From positions 84,010,001-84,074,000 of the forward strand of contig NC_135890.1 in the NCBI RefSeq assembly GCF_964194155.1: a stretch of 64,000 nucleotides of DNA, read 5' to 3'. This document shows, one piece after another, positions 26,083-39,417 of this stretch (positions are counted from its first letter, which is position 1; the number at the start of each line of letters is the position of its first letter). Below the pieces are notes generated by a model. That model worked only from the letters and a program-made list of their open reading frames with translations. It searched no databases and was not told where the DNA came from. Position numbers and translations under genes: made by a program. This stretch comes from Cetorhinus maximus. Lineage: Eukaryota.

Positions 26083-28432
26083 TCCAATAGGACGGTGCAT
26101 TGCTGGACCTAATTCTGGGGAATGAAGCTCGACTGGTGGCTGAGGTGGTGGTGGGCGAGCATTTTAGTGATAGTGACCACAACATGGTACAGTTTAAGTT
26201 TGTTATGGACAAAGAAATCGACAAGTTGCAAAAAAATGTTTTGGATTGCGGGAGAGTGGATTTTAGTAAAATAAGGCAGGATCTGGCCAAGGTAGACTGG
26301 GAACAGTTACTTGTGGGGAAATCTACAGAGGAACAGTGGGGGGTGTTCAAAAAGGAAAAGGAGAGGGTACAGGCTCAACATGTTCCCTCTAGGGTGATAG
26401 GAAGGAGTAACAAGCCCAGAGAACCATGGATGACCAGAGGTATTAAGGTTACGATGAGAAGGAAAAGAGGCTTTTAGCAGGTACAAGGGAAGCAAATCAG
26501 CAGAGGCATTAGTGGAGTACAGACAGTGCAGGGTGGAGCTTAAGAAAGCAATCAGGAGAGCAAAGAGGGGATATGAGAAAGCCCTGGCTGGTAAAAGAAG
26601 GGAAAATCCCAAGATATTCTATAAGTATATCAATGGGAAGAGGATAACCAGGGAAAGAGTAGGGCCCATAAGGGACCAAGGGGGCAATCTATGGGTGGGG
26701 CCAGAGGACATGGCTAGAGTGTTGAATGAATACTTCACGTCCATCTTCACCCAAGAGAATGTGGATGAAGGTATCGTACTCGGGGAGAGAGACTGCAAGG
26801 TTCTTAAGCAAATTGATATGGGGAGTGACAAGGTATTGGAGGTTTTGGCAGGCTTAAAAGTGGGCAAATCTCCAGGTCCGGATGATTTGTGTCCCAGACT
26901 GCTGAGGGAGGCAAGGGAGGAGATCGCAGGGGCTCTGACCCAAATTTTTAATTCCTTTCTGGCCACGGGGGAGGTGCCAGAGGACTGGAGAACAGCTAAT
27001 GTGGTTTGGCTATTTAAGAAGGGTTGTAGAGATAAGCCAGGGAACTAGAGGCCAGTGAGTCTCACGTCAGTGGTAGGGAAACTATTGGAGAAAGTTCTGA
27101 AGGAGAGTATCTATCTCCACATGGAGAGGCAGGGTTTGATCAGGGATAGTCAGCATGGCTTTGTCAGAGGGAGGTCATGCCTAACAAATTTGATTGAATT
27201 TTTTGAGGTGGTGACCAGATGTGTAGATGAGGGTAGTGCAGTTGATGTAGTTTATATGGATTTCAGCAAAGCCTTTGACCAGGTCCCACATCGGAGACTT
27301 ATAAAGAAGGCAAAGGCACTTTGGATACAGGGTAATTTGATAAGGTGGATTCAAAATTAGCTTAGTTGTAGGAGGCAGAGGGTGATGACAGAAGGATGCT
27401 TTAGTGACTGGAAGCCAGTGTCCAGTGGCGTACTACATTGATCTGCTGCGTCCCCTATTATTTGTCATTTATATAAATGACATTGATGACTATGTGGGGG
27501 GTAGGATTAGTAAATTTGCGAATGACACAAAGATTGGCCGGGTGGTTAACAGTGAAGTTGAGTGTATTGGGTTACAGGAAGTTATAGATGGGATGGTCAA
27601 ATGGGCAGATAAGTGGCAGATGGAATTTAACCCTGAAAAGTGTGAGGTGATACACTTTGGAAGGAGTAATTTGACAAGGAAGTATTCAATGAATGGCATG
27701 ACACTAGGAAGTTCTGAGGAACAAAGGGACCTTGGCATGTGTGTCCATAGATCTCTGAAGGCAGAGGGGCATGTTAGTGGGGTGGTGAAAAAGGCATATG
27801 GGACACTTGCCTTTATCAATCGAGGCATAGATTACAAAAGGAGGGAGGTCATGTTGGAGTTGTATAGAACCTTGGTGAGGCCACAGCTGGAGTATTGTGT
27901 GCCGTTCTGGTCACCACGTTATAGGAAGGATGTGATTGCACTGGTGGGGGTGCAGAGGAGATTCAGCAGGATGTTGCCTGGGATGGAACATTTAAGTTAT
28001 AAAGAGAGGTTGGATAGACTTGGGTTGTTTTCGTTGGAGCAGAGAAGACTGAGGGGCGACCTGATCGAGGTGTACAAGATTGAGGGGCATGGACAGGGTG
28101 GATAGGGAGCAGCTGTTCCCCTTAGTTGAAGGGTCAGTCACAAGGGGGCATAAGTTCAAGGTGAGGGACAGGAGGTTTAGGGGCCATGTGAGGAAAAACT
28201 TTTTTACCCGTAGGGTGGTGACGGTCTGGAATGCACTGCCATGGGATGGTGGTGGAGGCGGGTTGCCTCACATCCTTTAAAAAGTACCTGGATGAGCACT
28301 TAGCACGTCATAACACTCAAGGCTATGGGCCAAGTGCTGGTAAATGGGGTTAGGTAGGTAGGTCTGGTGTTTCTCACATGTTGGTGCAGACTCGATGGGC
28401 CAAAGGGCCTCTTCTGCTGTGTGATTCTGAGT
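26083..28432 (+). mobile_element. Young 5'-truncated CR1 LINE, ORF2 broken by stops and frameshifts
   Basis: LDLILGNE...SDSDHNMV (endonuclease end), KSPGPDD, SQHGFVRGRSCLTNL, MDFSKAFD, FANDTK, RRLRGDLIEVYK; 3' tail ends tgtgattct. Confidence 0.95.
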
Positions 28433-28589
28433 CTGGTGCTCCTAAGAATTTGCTATTACAAGGATGGGAACTAAGTAGTGTTTGATCAACTCAGTATCAT
28501 TACTATGTTTCAGATCTTAACCCAATTGACCCTTTTAAAAGATGCAGTGGTGTTGGTCCTAACTGCTCTGTCTGCAAAGTACTCCATAG

Positions 28590-29170
28590 TCCAAAAAGCA
28601 ACACGTTTTTTAAAAAAAATCTCCCAATCTAACTCTTGGTGTGAATGATGATTCCTGGTCTCATTTTTCCTGGGAATATGGCCTCTCCCATATTCTTCAT
28701 ATCAAAATCTTTCATATTAAAATCCATCAACAAGGTTGAACCTATGCTGCATATTCTCCTTGGCTTTAGTGCCATTTCTGTAATGGGACGCCCAGAACTG
28801 TTGCAGTACCCTTAACTGTAGCTTAACCATTCCCTTTTTACTTCTAATTCTCTTTCTCCATTTCTAAAACCCAAAATACAGTCAAATGTTACATTACTGC
28901 CATTTTCACTTTCATGGAGTTACATGTTTGAACTCTGTTCATATCCACCATATGCTTCAATTCCTTATTTCTCCCCATAAAAAGTATTACTTCATACTTA
29001 TCTACATTAATCTGTTCTAACCTGTGTACCATAATCTTTTACAATGTTGTCACTGTTTGCCAAGCCTCGAAATTAGTGGATGAAACTAAAGTAAAGGTTG
29101 TGCTCCCTATGCCCAGGTCCAAGTATTGACCTCTAAGGTACACCACTTCCAGCCCTTCTCCAACCTCAGC
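28590..29170 (-). mobile_element. Very old CR1 remnant
   Basis: cccagaactgttgcagtac, acttcatacttatctacattaa and other degenerate antisense CR1 motifs. Confidence 0.5.
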
Positions 29171-29199
29171 AATACTATTTTCTGATTCTTATTCACCCT

Positions 29200-32100
29200 T
29201 ATGAGCCTTTTGTCTTGAGACAATGGTTTTGCCCCTTTGTGGTTATCTCTGTTAATTGTCACCTAGTGTGGCTCCTCTCACATGGCAGTGTCTCCCACAC
29301 TTACTGCAGATGACAGCAGTGAGCTGAGAAGGTGCAGGAATTGCTGACTTCTGTTTTCTCTGGACCGTCTGCTCAGCCAGCTGAGATTTCTGTTTCTCCT
29401 CTCCCCTTCTGAGGCCCCTCCAAACAGTCAGTCTCTGGTAGATCCTGGTCATCAGTGGCTGTCACCCAATTGTCTTTGTCCATTCCCACCATCTTCACAT
29501 TCCACGTAGAGGTGTCCTTGTAACAGAGGTAAGGACATGCAGCAATTGGTGACCCAGTGACCAGTTTACCGTATGGAACGTATATTGCCGAATTCTATCT
29601 GATGAATGTGGCTGAGCTATTGCAGATGAACTATTGCAGTAATGAGTGTATGCTGATGAAATTAGCACACTCCTAGGACCTCTGAATCGGAGACCTTTTC
29701 CTGCCAAGAAAACATCTGCAACAGCAAAGGTAGAAACTGTTTGGCCCTTTCTCCTGTCTACATGTATTATCCAGGTCTCTCTACTGTAGAGGAGTGTACT
29801 GAGGATTCAGGCTCGGTAGACTTGCAGCTTGGTACCTTCTGTCAGGTTGCTGCTGTTCTACCCAAAGCTTGCAGTTGCAGTTTTTTGCAATACGTGTTGA
29901 TTTCAGCATCAAGTGACAGATGCTGGTGGTGTGGAGCCTTTTTCCTCCAATGTCACATTATCAATGCTGATTGACCATGATATGGGAATGCTCTGGACAT
30001 GAGGCCCCCGATGCTGATGGTAAACTAAACTTTTTCCAGGTGTGAGAGAATCTGTCAGTTTGCCATGAAGGTGCACCTGGTTATGGCATGCTAGTTCAAT
30101 GTTATCAGTATAAGAGTTGCTATAAGGACTTGGCACACTTGTCTTGATCTCAGGTGGACAAGGCTGAACAGTTTACCATCAGATGGACAAGGCCGAACAG
30201 TTTACCATCAGTTCTGGTATGTAAGTAGATGCCCTCTGTAGATTAACTGAATGCATGTGAAAACAGTAAAAAGAAGAATATGCCAGTGTAGGCACCAGGA
30301 TGGAATTTGTTTGACCCCACCGCAGACCTCGAAGTGTTTCAATATTGCCCCATCATAGCTGACTTTGCCACTCGTCATAGAAAGAAGATCAAAGCGAGCA
30401 GCTTAAGGGGGTAGATGATTTTCTTCAGCTTAAATAGACTTCCTCTGCTCACATGATCAAACGTCTTAGTGAGGTTAATGAAGACAATGAGCAGTAACTT
30501 CCGTGCTCCTGGCGTTGGATTTGGGAGGGTACCCCAAAGATGCACTGGAGAATCCCCGTCAGAAGTCCACAGGTAAGGGTTTGCACGGCAATTGCCCAGA
30601 AGTGCAAACTTCCTCTGGGAAATTGCCCTGTGCTGGGAACCATCCGAAAATGCAATTTAAATCGTACACTTCGGGTGGTGGTCGATGACAAGCAAGTCAA
30701 TAGTTTGCTAAGCTCCTCCACTGTGGGTTTGGCATCAAGCTGTTCCATGACAGTGTCTCTATTGTGTCTAGGGCTTCCTCAGTGACCTTGTTTTTCCTGG
30801 AGTAACTCGATCGAGGTGGTGTTCCACCCATCTCTCCATTTTATTGCAGTCAGTGTTGACTTCACTTGTCTTTGTTTTCAATGGAGCTGTTCTTTGTTGA
30901 TGGACCCTGTTTTTTTTTTTGATCCCATCATTCCGTTCCCCTAGGGTTCCTTGTATCTAAGGCCATCTGGATATTCTGACAAAAGTTGTAACCAGTAGTC
31001 ATTGGTGCAGCAGCTAGCAGCCTGTTGGATTTTACTTTGAGCAGCTCTTAATGCATTCAGAATCTTCTCGCCAGATCTCTCTTGTCAAGTGATCTGCTCT
31101 CATTAACTACTTCAATGACAAGTTCAATTACAGTGATGTTAGACTTGAGCCAGTCAGCATTTTCCATTCTTCCTGTATGTTGTCATCATTGGCATGCTTC
31201 TGTGATGTAAGCTGACGCATATGCAGCATATCCGTTATGGATGAGAGCGCTTCACATGGTGCACTTTTGCTGATGGCTCAGGAGGCTGGTCCTGCAAGAT
31301 GGTTATTGGGTCTTAGTGTGGGTTGTTTTCAGTGGTATCTGTTGTCAAGTCACTTGTGTTACCATGATGATCAGTGGCTAATGCAGGCCCACAGATGATT
31401 TCACAATTCCCCTTTGTCATTGGCTAGCTTCCCCCAGAGGTGAAAATCGATGTTTAGAGTCTTCATGTCATGCTTACAAGCATTTTAGAAGCGAAGCCTT
31501 GGGTGCCCTACTAGCTTTCTGGTTCCAGCTATCTCACCATGTAGAAAATTCTTGGGAATGCGTTTGCCTTCTATCCTGCGAGTGCGCCTGAACCATGAAG
31601 TCCCCCCTGCTTGATGAATGCTAGCGTACTTGGGAGATTTGCCTTTGAGAGGACTGTTGCATTTGTGATTTTTGTCCTTCCATGCCGAAAATGCACGACA
31701 AGCAACGGACGTGAAAATTGTTCAGCCTCCTTTCTTGGTAGCTGTAAGTTGTCCATACCTCACAGTCATACAACAGAATGCTGAGAACACAGGTCTCATA
31801 AACCAACATCTTGGTCTTAAGAGTGAGATTAATGTTGTTTCTTGCATGTTTCGTGAGTCTGCCAAAGGTGGTGGCTGCTTACCCTATACATCTATCGAGT
31901 GTGGCATCATAAGAAAGGTTCTGTCACCATGAGCCCTAGGTAGCAGAATTTGCTAACCATTTTGAGCAGGGTGGTGTTTAGTTTGAGCAAGGACAGAGAT
32001 GTGACACCCTGTCCCATAATCATGGTTTTATTGATGCTTAGAGTAAGGGAGAATAAGTTACAGGCATGGGAGAGACAATCCACGAGTCCTTGTCACGGAG

Positions 32101-34740
32101 TTTCTTGTGAGTGACTAGTGCAACATCTCAGCATGGAGGAGTTCTCTGATCAAGATGTGCTGTATTTTTGTCTTTGCTTTCAGTCTGGACAGACTAGAGC
32201 TTATCATCTGACCTAATATGCAGGTACATTCCTTCCATATCTGTAGAGAAGGCAAAGGTTAGGTACATGGAGAAGAAGATATACCAAACAAAGTGGGGTC
32301 TAGGATGCACCCTGTTTCACTCTATTCTTCACCCTGAAACTGTCAGAAGTGGTGCTGTCAAACTGTACAGTGCAGTGCATGCTGTCATGAAAGGAGCAGA
32401 TGAGACTAAGGAGCTTTTGTGCACAGCCAATTTTCTCAAATCTTGTAGCGTCCTGCCCGGCTGATGGTGTCAAATGCTTTAGTGAAATCTATGAAAGCAA
32501 AGTAAAGAAGTGTATCCTATTCTCTACACCTCTTGTAGGTGGTGTATGGAAAAGATCATGACCACTGTAGATCTGCCAGCACAGAAACTGAACTGCGCTT
32601 CTGGATGCACTGAAGATTCAGATTGACCATGAGCTATGCAAGTTTGATGTTGACATTGCTGCTCTGTAAGAGACCAATTTAGTCAACACTGGCTCTATAT
32701 GTGAGGCTATTGCTTCTATTGCTATGGGGCATGATAAGAATGCAGGAGTTTGCCGTGAGCATGATGTAGGTTTTGCAATCAGTAGTCAGCCACCAGTAGC
32801 ATGTTCTGAATGCCTCCTCTTTCTGCATCTGTCATCTGATGGAGGCTCTGTCAACAAAATCTGTGCTTATGCACCAACCTTGAATGCCAGTGTCTTGGGT
32901 AAAGATCCATTCCCTATGACTCTTCACATATTCTGGAGCACGTGCCAAATGGCAAGAGGTTATTCATCCAAGGTTATTAGAAGTTAAGAGTGCGGTATTA
33001 TAAATGGTGTCTCAAAGTATGTTCGTTTTGCTTTTGCAATCTGGGTGGGAATGCACGAGAGTTCAGTGGAGTTGAAGAACTGTTGTTTCTTATCTGCGTA
33101 GGCAGTATTGCTGACCTTGATGCATGGGCAGCTTTTATGCTTTGAATGGAAAAGCTTCAAGGTTGCATCTTGGGCCTAGTGCAAATTGGAGAGCGATCTG
33201 TGTCACAGTTAACGCTATGGTAGCTGTAGGTATTGAGGATGTGTCACATCTGGTTGTGATCAGATTCAGCTGGTGCCAATGTCATGACCTTGGATGTCTC
33301 CAGGGTACCTTGTAGCGTGGTTAATTCTGGGGGAAGAAAAGTTAGTTACATAAAGCTCACACGGTTTCAGCAAAGCTCAAGTAGCCTTTGTCCTTTTGCT
33401 TATCTTTACCATGCCAATGATGTGAGAGGCAAGTAGGCCATGCCTCATGGTCCACACCCACTGAGGTGAAATTCCCCAGTAGTAGAGATGTTCTGTCTCA
33501 GGATTTCTGCTGATAGCGTCAAGCTTCTTGTAGAACTGGTCTTTTGTCTCAGTAGTGGAGCAGTGTGGTGCTTAGATACTCATGATAACTGGCCCTTTTT
33601 GAGTTTGGAGGCAATAGAGGGAACATGTCCCAAACCATTTGTGAGGGGTTCTAGCATAGAGAAGAGCAAGTTCCATGCAGCAAAGCTTACACCCTGCTTA
33701 CACATTTCCTCTAAACTGTTCCCCTGCCAGATGAACGTGTAGTGTTTTTCTTCATTGTCCACTCTTAGTGACTCAGCTCTCATAGGGAAGCAATGTCAAA
33801 GTTCAACCTCAAGTTCCATGTTGATCACAGCTGTCTTATGGGGGTTTATCGACTAGCTCCAATTTATCTTTCAGTTCCTCATGATCCTGATGTTCCAGCT
33901 CCCCCATTGAAAAGCTGGTTATCTTTTTGTTGGTTTGTCTAATGTGATGAATGCTGTCTACTTGTTGATGGCGACTCTTGAGTTCCAAGTACCCATTGAA
34001 ATAAGTGCACCGTGGTTGCCAGCGCCTTACCAGCTGGGGGCTGCCTGGCTTGAGGTGGGCAATAGTTGACCAGTGAGATGCGATGTTCAGACAGGTAGAG
34101 AAAGCCCAGAGCGCTCATTCTCAGCACCATTCTCTACGCCAATCAAGTTAGGCTTATTAATTGTACCTGCTGTGTCCTGCGTTGTGTTAACCCTCTGCAG
34201 CAAAACCAGTGTGTCCTCAGACGCAGCCTGGCAAAAAGTTGAGATCCCAGGCTTCCCAATTGTTAGGGTCCCTCTCTCGACCTCCCCCATTGGGTCCAAA
34301 GGAATGCAGAGCATTACGTTGGCACTGGTTTGGTTGCAGGAGTCACTGGAAAGATGATATTAAGGCATCAGTCTGCTTTTGGCTCCACTCCAAATTTCGT
34401 CTTAGCCTTCATCTTTGCAGAGGTGTCCACAAGGCCATTTGCCTATGCTGTGAGTTTGGTTCATGAGCACCTGGGTGTGCCCACACGCAGTTGGCCTGTG
34501 CATTGCATGTCTGGGAGCCAAATAGCCTCAGAGTTCTCTGAAGCTTTCGCCTGGAACCTCGAGTTTCCCTGTGTCACCACATGGAGGCACAGCAGAGAAC
34601 TTGTTGATGGAGAGGCTGCATATTGACTGGGAGAGACTTGGGCATTTGGCTCTCCTTTTCACTTTGCTGTTAGCCAGCGCATGAGCTGGAAGCACGTTAA
34701 CTCTTAGCTGAATTTTAGGCGTATCACTTTGACATATTGG
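29200..34740 (-). mobile_element. Cluster of nested and rearranged RTE-clade LINE fragments
   Basis: CSKCGRHCH C-terminal motif, EQLDAKPTVEELSK, VYETCVLSILLYDCEVWTTYSYQERRLNNFHVRCL, endonuclease HYTFIWQG...GVSFA, and a 5' UTR at about 33900-34740; two separate 3' ends. Confidence 0.82.
32615..32990 (+). mobile_element. RTE endonuclease fragment in opposite orientation
   Basis: ELCKFDVDIAAL*ET and REHDVGFAI...ICAYAPTLNA remnants. Confidence 0.7.
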
Positions 34741-34799
34741 CTACACACCTGTTGATCAGCCAACTTTCTATCCACGCTATTTCATTTCTTCAACCATAA

Positions 34800-35168
34800 T
34801 CAATGCTGACATTCGAGCACAGTACTAAGGGAGCATTGCACTGTCAGAGATGCTGCCTTTTGGATAAGATCTTAAACCCAGGCCTCATCTGCTTGGTCGG
34901 GTGAATGTACAAAATCCGATGGCACATTTTTTAAGAACAGCAGTAGAATTACCTCTGGTGTCCTGGCCAATATTTATTCCTCAATCAACATCATAAAAAA
35001 CAGATTACCTGGTCATTATCGTATTGCTGTTGCTGGGAGTTTGCTGAGTGCAAATTAGCTGCCTCATTTCCTAAATTAGAACAATGACTACATTTCAAAA
35101 AGTACTTCATTGGCGGAAAGAGCGTTGAGACATCTGGTGGTCATGCAAAGAGCAATATTAATTTAAGT
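34800..35168 (+). mobile_element. Deu-domain SINE (SacSINE1-like) with L2-type tail
   Basis: agtactaagggagcattgcactgtcagaga; ggtgtcctggccaatatttattcctcaatcaacatca; catttcaaaaagtacttcattggc. Confidence 0.78.
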
Positions 35169-35311
35169 TGTAGTCTTCATAATGTCGTCTTTTGACAGCT
35201 CTCTGGAGTTATGTTACTGAATTCCTTCCTAAAATCAAGATCCAGTACATCTACTGTCTTTATTCAATTAATTAGTTTAAAAAAAGTCAAATTTGTCCAA
35301 CAACATTTAAC

Positions 35312-35525
35312 ATAAATAGAGTGCTGGAAATACTCAGGTCTGGCAGCATCAGTGGAGAGAGACAGAGTTAGCATTTCAAGTCGAATATGACTTCAGAACT
35401 TGAAGTTGTATTCGACTTGGTTTAACACTCTTGCTCTCTCCACATCTGTTGCCAGACCTGCTGATTATTTCCATCACTCCTTTTCCTTTATTACAGATTT
35501 ACAGAATCTGTAGTACTTTGCTTAT
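35312..35525. repeat. Head-to-head inverted pair of Penelope-like terminal repeats (hairpin)
   Basis: caggtctggcagcatcagtggagagag...caagtcgaatatgacttca / tgaagttgtattcgacttg...ctctctccacatctgttgccagacctg. Confidence 0.8.
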
Positions 35526-37309
35526 ATTTTAACATCATTTGACAAATCTGTATAGACTCTTTGATCAACCCATGAATTTCTAAATGCTCACTAATAGCGA
35601 ACTCTGAATTTGCCCACAATTGACACACTATTAACTACAAACCAGTTAAGTACGTAATTCTCTCTTTTTAAAGAAAAGTTATAAGTTTCATGGCACAGTT
35701 TGCATATTTGAGGGTGATTGAAAAATTGTGTTTCAGCCTCTCTTCTCTGACATTCAGCAGCCTAAAGTGCGTGCCATAAGGGCTGCTGTCTTATTCAGCA
35801 TGAACTCTGCTGTGTCTTTCAGGATCAATTATTTTCCTACAGCTATTTCCTGACCATTATTCCAAATTCTCCTCTAGCATTCTACGCACGCTCACCATTG
35901 TCTGTCAAAATTGAGTGGGAAGTTCTACCCGTATAGAATATGGTAAGGTTGTTCAGGAAGGGTGTAAATTATTTACTAATAATTAATAGTAATAAATAAA
36001 AGTAGATAGTTGGTGTGGACTTTTGTTTGTCAAGTGATCATTCTCTGAAAGTGGCAAATAAATTTGCTATTATTCCATTCTTTTCTGATTAGGAGTGCTT
36101 TTGCACTGGTCCCATCACCCCCGGCAATCCCTAAAGATTATCTTCCTTTGTTCCCATTGGTAGCTCTTTGTTCCTTTCTGTTTAATGGTTCACATAATTA
36201 ACTATTCCTCGTGGAAGGAGCGGTAAGGGCGAAATGTTTGTGTTACGTTGCAACTAAGGCATACGCAGAATATTTCATACACCGGTCCCTTGCCAGAGAT
36301 GATGACATTCCAGCATCCCAAATCTACTGGACAATTTTTCTACTTGTAATACAGCTCTGGTATAATTGTCAAATCTAGGGAGTGCATTGCAATTTGGTAT
36401 TATGTAAACCTTCTCTGGATTATTGGGATTTGATGTAGGGGATGCTGTGCTTTGAATTAGCATCTCGTGGAATGCACAAAAGTGAGCAGAAGGTCACTGG
36501 CTACCTGCCTTTTAGGCAGGAACTCGTGGAGAAGGTTACTTCCTGCTAAGAAGTAAGAGCAGTCATTGGAACAATTAGGATAATTCTTCCATGTCCTTAA
36601 TTTTCCTTGGCAAATTGTGAAAGAATTGGGAGATTTCCTGTCCAGAATACATTGTGGGAAATTATCCTGCTGTCATTCACTCCTACTCTTTCATTATGTG
36701 CAGATATCTGATTCAGCCAATCGTTTGGAGGTTTTGTTCAGTTGTACTCCGTTGTTAAACATTCCTTTTGCTTGCATCAACAGAGCTAATTGTGGTACTT
36801 TTCGCTTGAAATAGTAATTTTCTATTGGGAGGTGAGGCTGGCAAGTGGTTCCTCAAATAAAGCTTGTCTACTGGCGGAACTTTACCTTAGGGTACTCCTT
36901 GCAAATCTTCTAATTGGTCATTGATTCAATACCTTCTTCAAAAACTGCAAGAACCTGGTTCTGTATATTTGCTTTTGCCACCTTGGCTGTATATTTATGT
37001 GCCTAATATTCCCAGTTGTACTTGGTATACTGCTGAGGAGAAAACTGACAAATAAGGACTTATTCCAAGATATTCCTTATTTTCCAATATATTCTAAATG
37101 GATTCATTAGCTGCATTTCTTTACTGTTATTAACAGTAGCAAATTCTGGAAGTGCTGTCACATTGTTTAGAGCTCAGAGGGAAATTCTGAATGTAAACAC
37201 GCATATTAAGCTGAACCTTTTGTTAACACTAAATTTGGTTGCAGAATTATTTGGAAGAAAGTAATATGGCCATCAGGTAGGTAGGGGTGTGTTTGCATGG
37301 TGTGTGTCC

Positions 37310-38040
37310 TTTAATGTAGTAAAAATCCCCAAGATGCTTCACAGGAGCATTCTCAAACAACATTTGACACCAAGCCGCATGAGATAATACGACAGATTGG
37401 ATTAAGGAGTATCTTGAAGGAGGAGAGTGGGGGGTTGGAGAAGTTTAGGGAGGGAATTCAGGAGCTTTATGCCCATTCACTTGAAGGCATGGCTGCCAAT
37501 GGTGGAGCTACTAAAATCGGGGATGCACAAAAAAGCCAGATTTAGAAAAGTGCAGAGATCTGAGAGGTTTATATGGCTAGAAGGATGAGAAATTTTAAAA
37601 TTGATGAATTTCAGGCTGTGAACGCAGTGTTGATCAAGCACAGGAGTGATGGATGACCAGGACTTGGTACAAATTAGGATATGGGCAATAAAGTTTTGAA
37701 GGACTTCAAGTATATGGATGAGGGGTTTCGGTAACAGGTGAGCTGAGACGGGGGTGAACTGGGCAGTGTTATGGAGATGGAAGAGAACAGCTTTGGTGGT
37801 GAATTAGATATGTGGTTGGAGGCTCGTCTTGGGTTCAGATATGTTTCCCAGGTTGTGAACAGTCTGGTTCAGCCTTGGACAGCTGACAGAAAGATGAATG
37901 AAATCGACTGCTCAGAATTGGAGCTTGTGGTGGAGACCAAAGACATTGACTTCAGTCTTCTCAGTATATAGTTGGAGGAAGTTTCTGCTTACCCAGTACT
38001 GAATATCGTACAAGCAGTCTGACAAATCGGGGAGAAGTGG
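37310..38040 (-). mobile_element. L2-clade LINE 3' part
   Basis: Same family as 21510-21990. Confidence 0.75.
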
Positions 38041-38655
38041 TGGGGTATGTAGTTGTCCCTGAGAAACTAGTAGTGGGTGGCCACCTTTGAACTATTGCGG
38101 TGTGTGTAAGTGATGGCCAGTGTTCAAAATCTGCTTCCTCCATATTGCAGGCAAAGATTTTAAGCACGTATAGAAGGGGAACAAATTTTTCTATCTACCT
38201 GCAGTGGATAAGGAAAATACTGCTTATTTTTGAAGAACCAACTGAAAGCGCTTCATCCTTAGAGGACAGATCTTGCAAACCTCTTTCCAAAACCTTTCAA
38301 CGGAGGTGTCCGCTACCACTTCCACAAGTGTGCAAACTCTGACTTGCCTTCAGCAATGCCTTGAGCTCTGTTAGATTTAGTAAGTTAAATTGTACTCCAA
38401 GTTGGGACATTAGATGCCTTTTTCACAAACTCATGTAAAGTTGAAAGAGACAGTTTGCCATTTCCTCTTGCATTTCAGTAACATGATTGCTCAATTTTGT
38501 TTATAATGTGTGATCCAGTGTTTAAAGAGCAAAATTAACTTGAATCTAAGTTCATATGATACAAATATTTTAAAATTGTGAATGCTTAATAAGTCTTTGT
38601 ACCTTGTATGTTTACCATAGAGTAGATCTTTACTCGGTTGAACAGGTGATCTTAA

Positions 38656-38859
<204 letters not shown>

Positions 38860-39335
38860 TAAGTTCCTATTGATTAGATGGATTTATGAAGCCGCATTTT
38901 TATTTTTTCGCCAATCATTAGCATAAGATTTAAATATTTTGTTTTGAAATTGTGTTGGTACTTGTATTTAATTTGAGAAATTTTAAAATAACTTAAATAA
39001 CTTGTCTGAATAACTTAGAACGTCATCTGTATCTTTGCCAAATGTGCATATTGTGCAGTCATTGCTGTTTTGTCCTGTATGTGGTGTTATCCCACTGCTC
39101 AGATATTTTAAATTTCAGTTTATGAATACAGTGACTTATGGTTTGTATTTTTGATAGTGGCAATAGAGAATCTAAGAATGATACCTATTTTGCGTAATCT
39201 TGAGACTGACAAAACAGTTTAAATTTATGCTGTTGAAGGGATTCCTGAAAGCAATAGTCTGGTGAAAGAATTCAGGAACACATTGTTGCTGAAAATAGAT
39301 TTTAATGCTTCTAATTTCAGATTTATATTTGGTAG

Positions 39336-39417
39336 GTCTCACTTTTTTAGAAATTTTGTGGATTACTGCCTGCAGAAGATTCCACAAGATCGACCAACAT
39401 CATTGGAGCTTCTGCGG
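39336..39417 (+). CDS. TAOK3: TAO kinase 3 coding exon (82 bp; [27 protein letters not shown])
   Basis: ggtag acceptor is the only local in-frame AG that restores the Trp codon (TG|G); gtaaga donor, phase 2/0. Confidence 0.93.

Noticed and set aside
38100-38342. 80-aa ORF upstream of the 38765 exon as an alternative exon
   Set aside because: No similarity to TAOK or any family I recognise; the flanking exons already join in phase.
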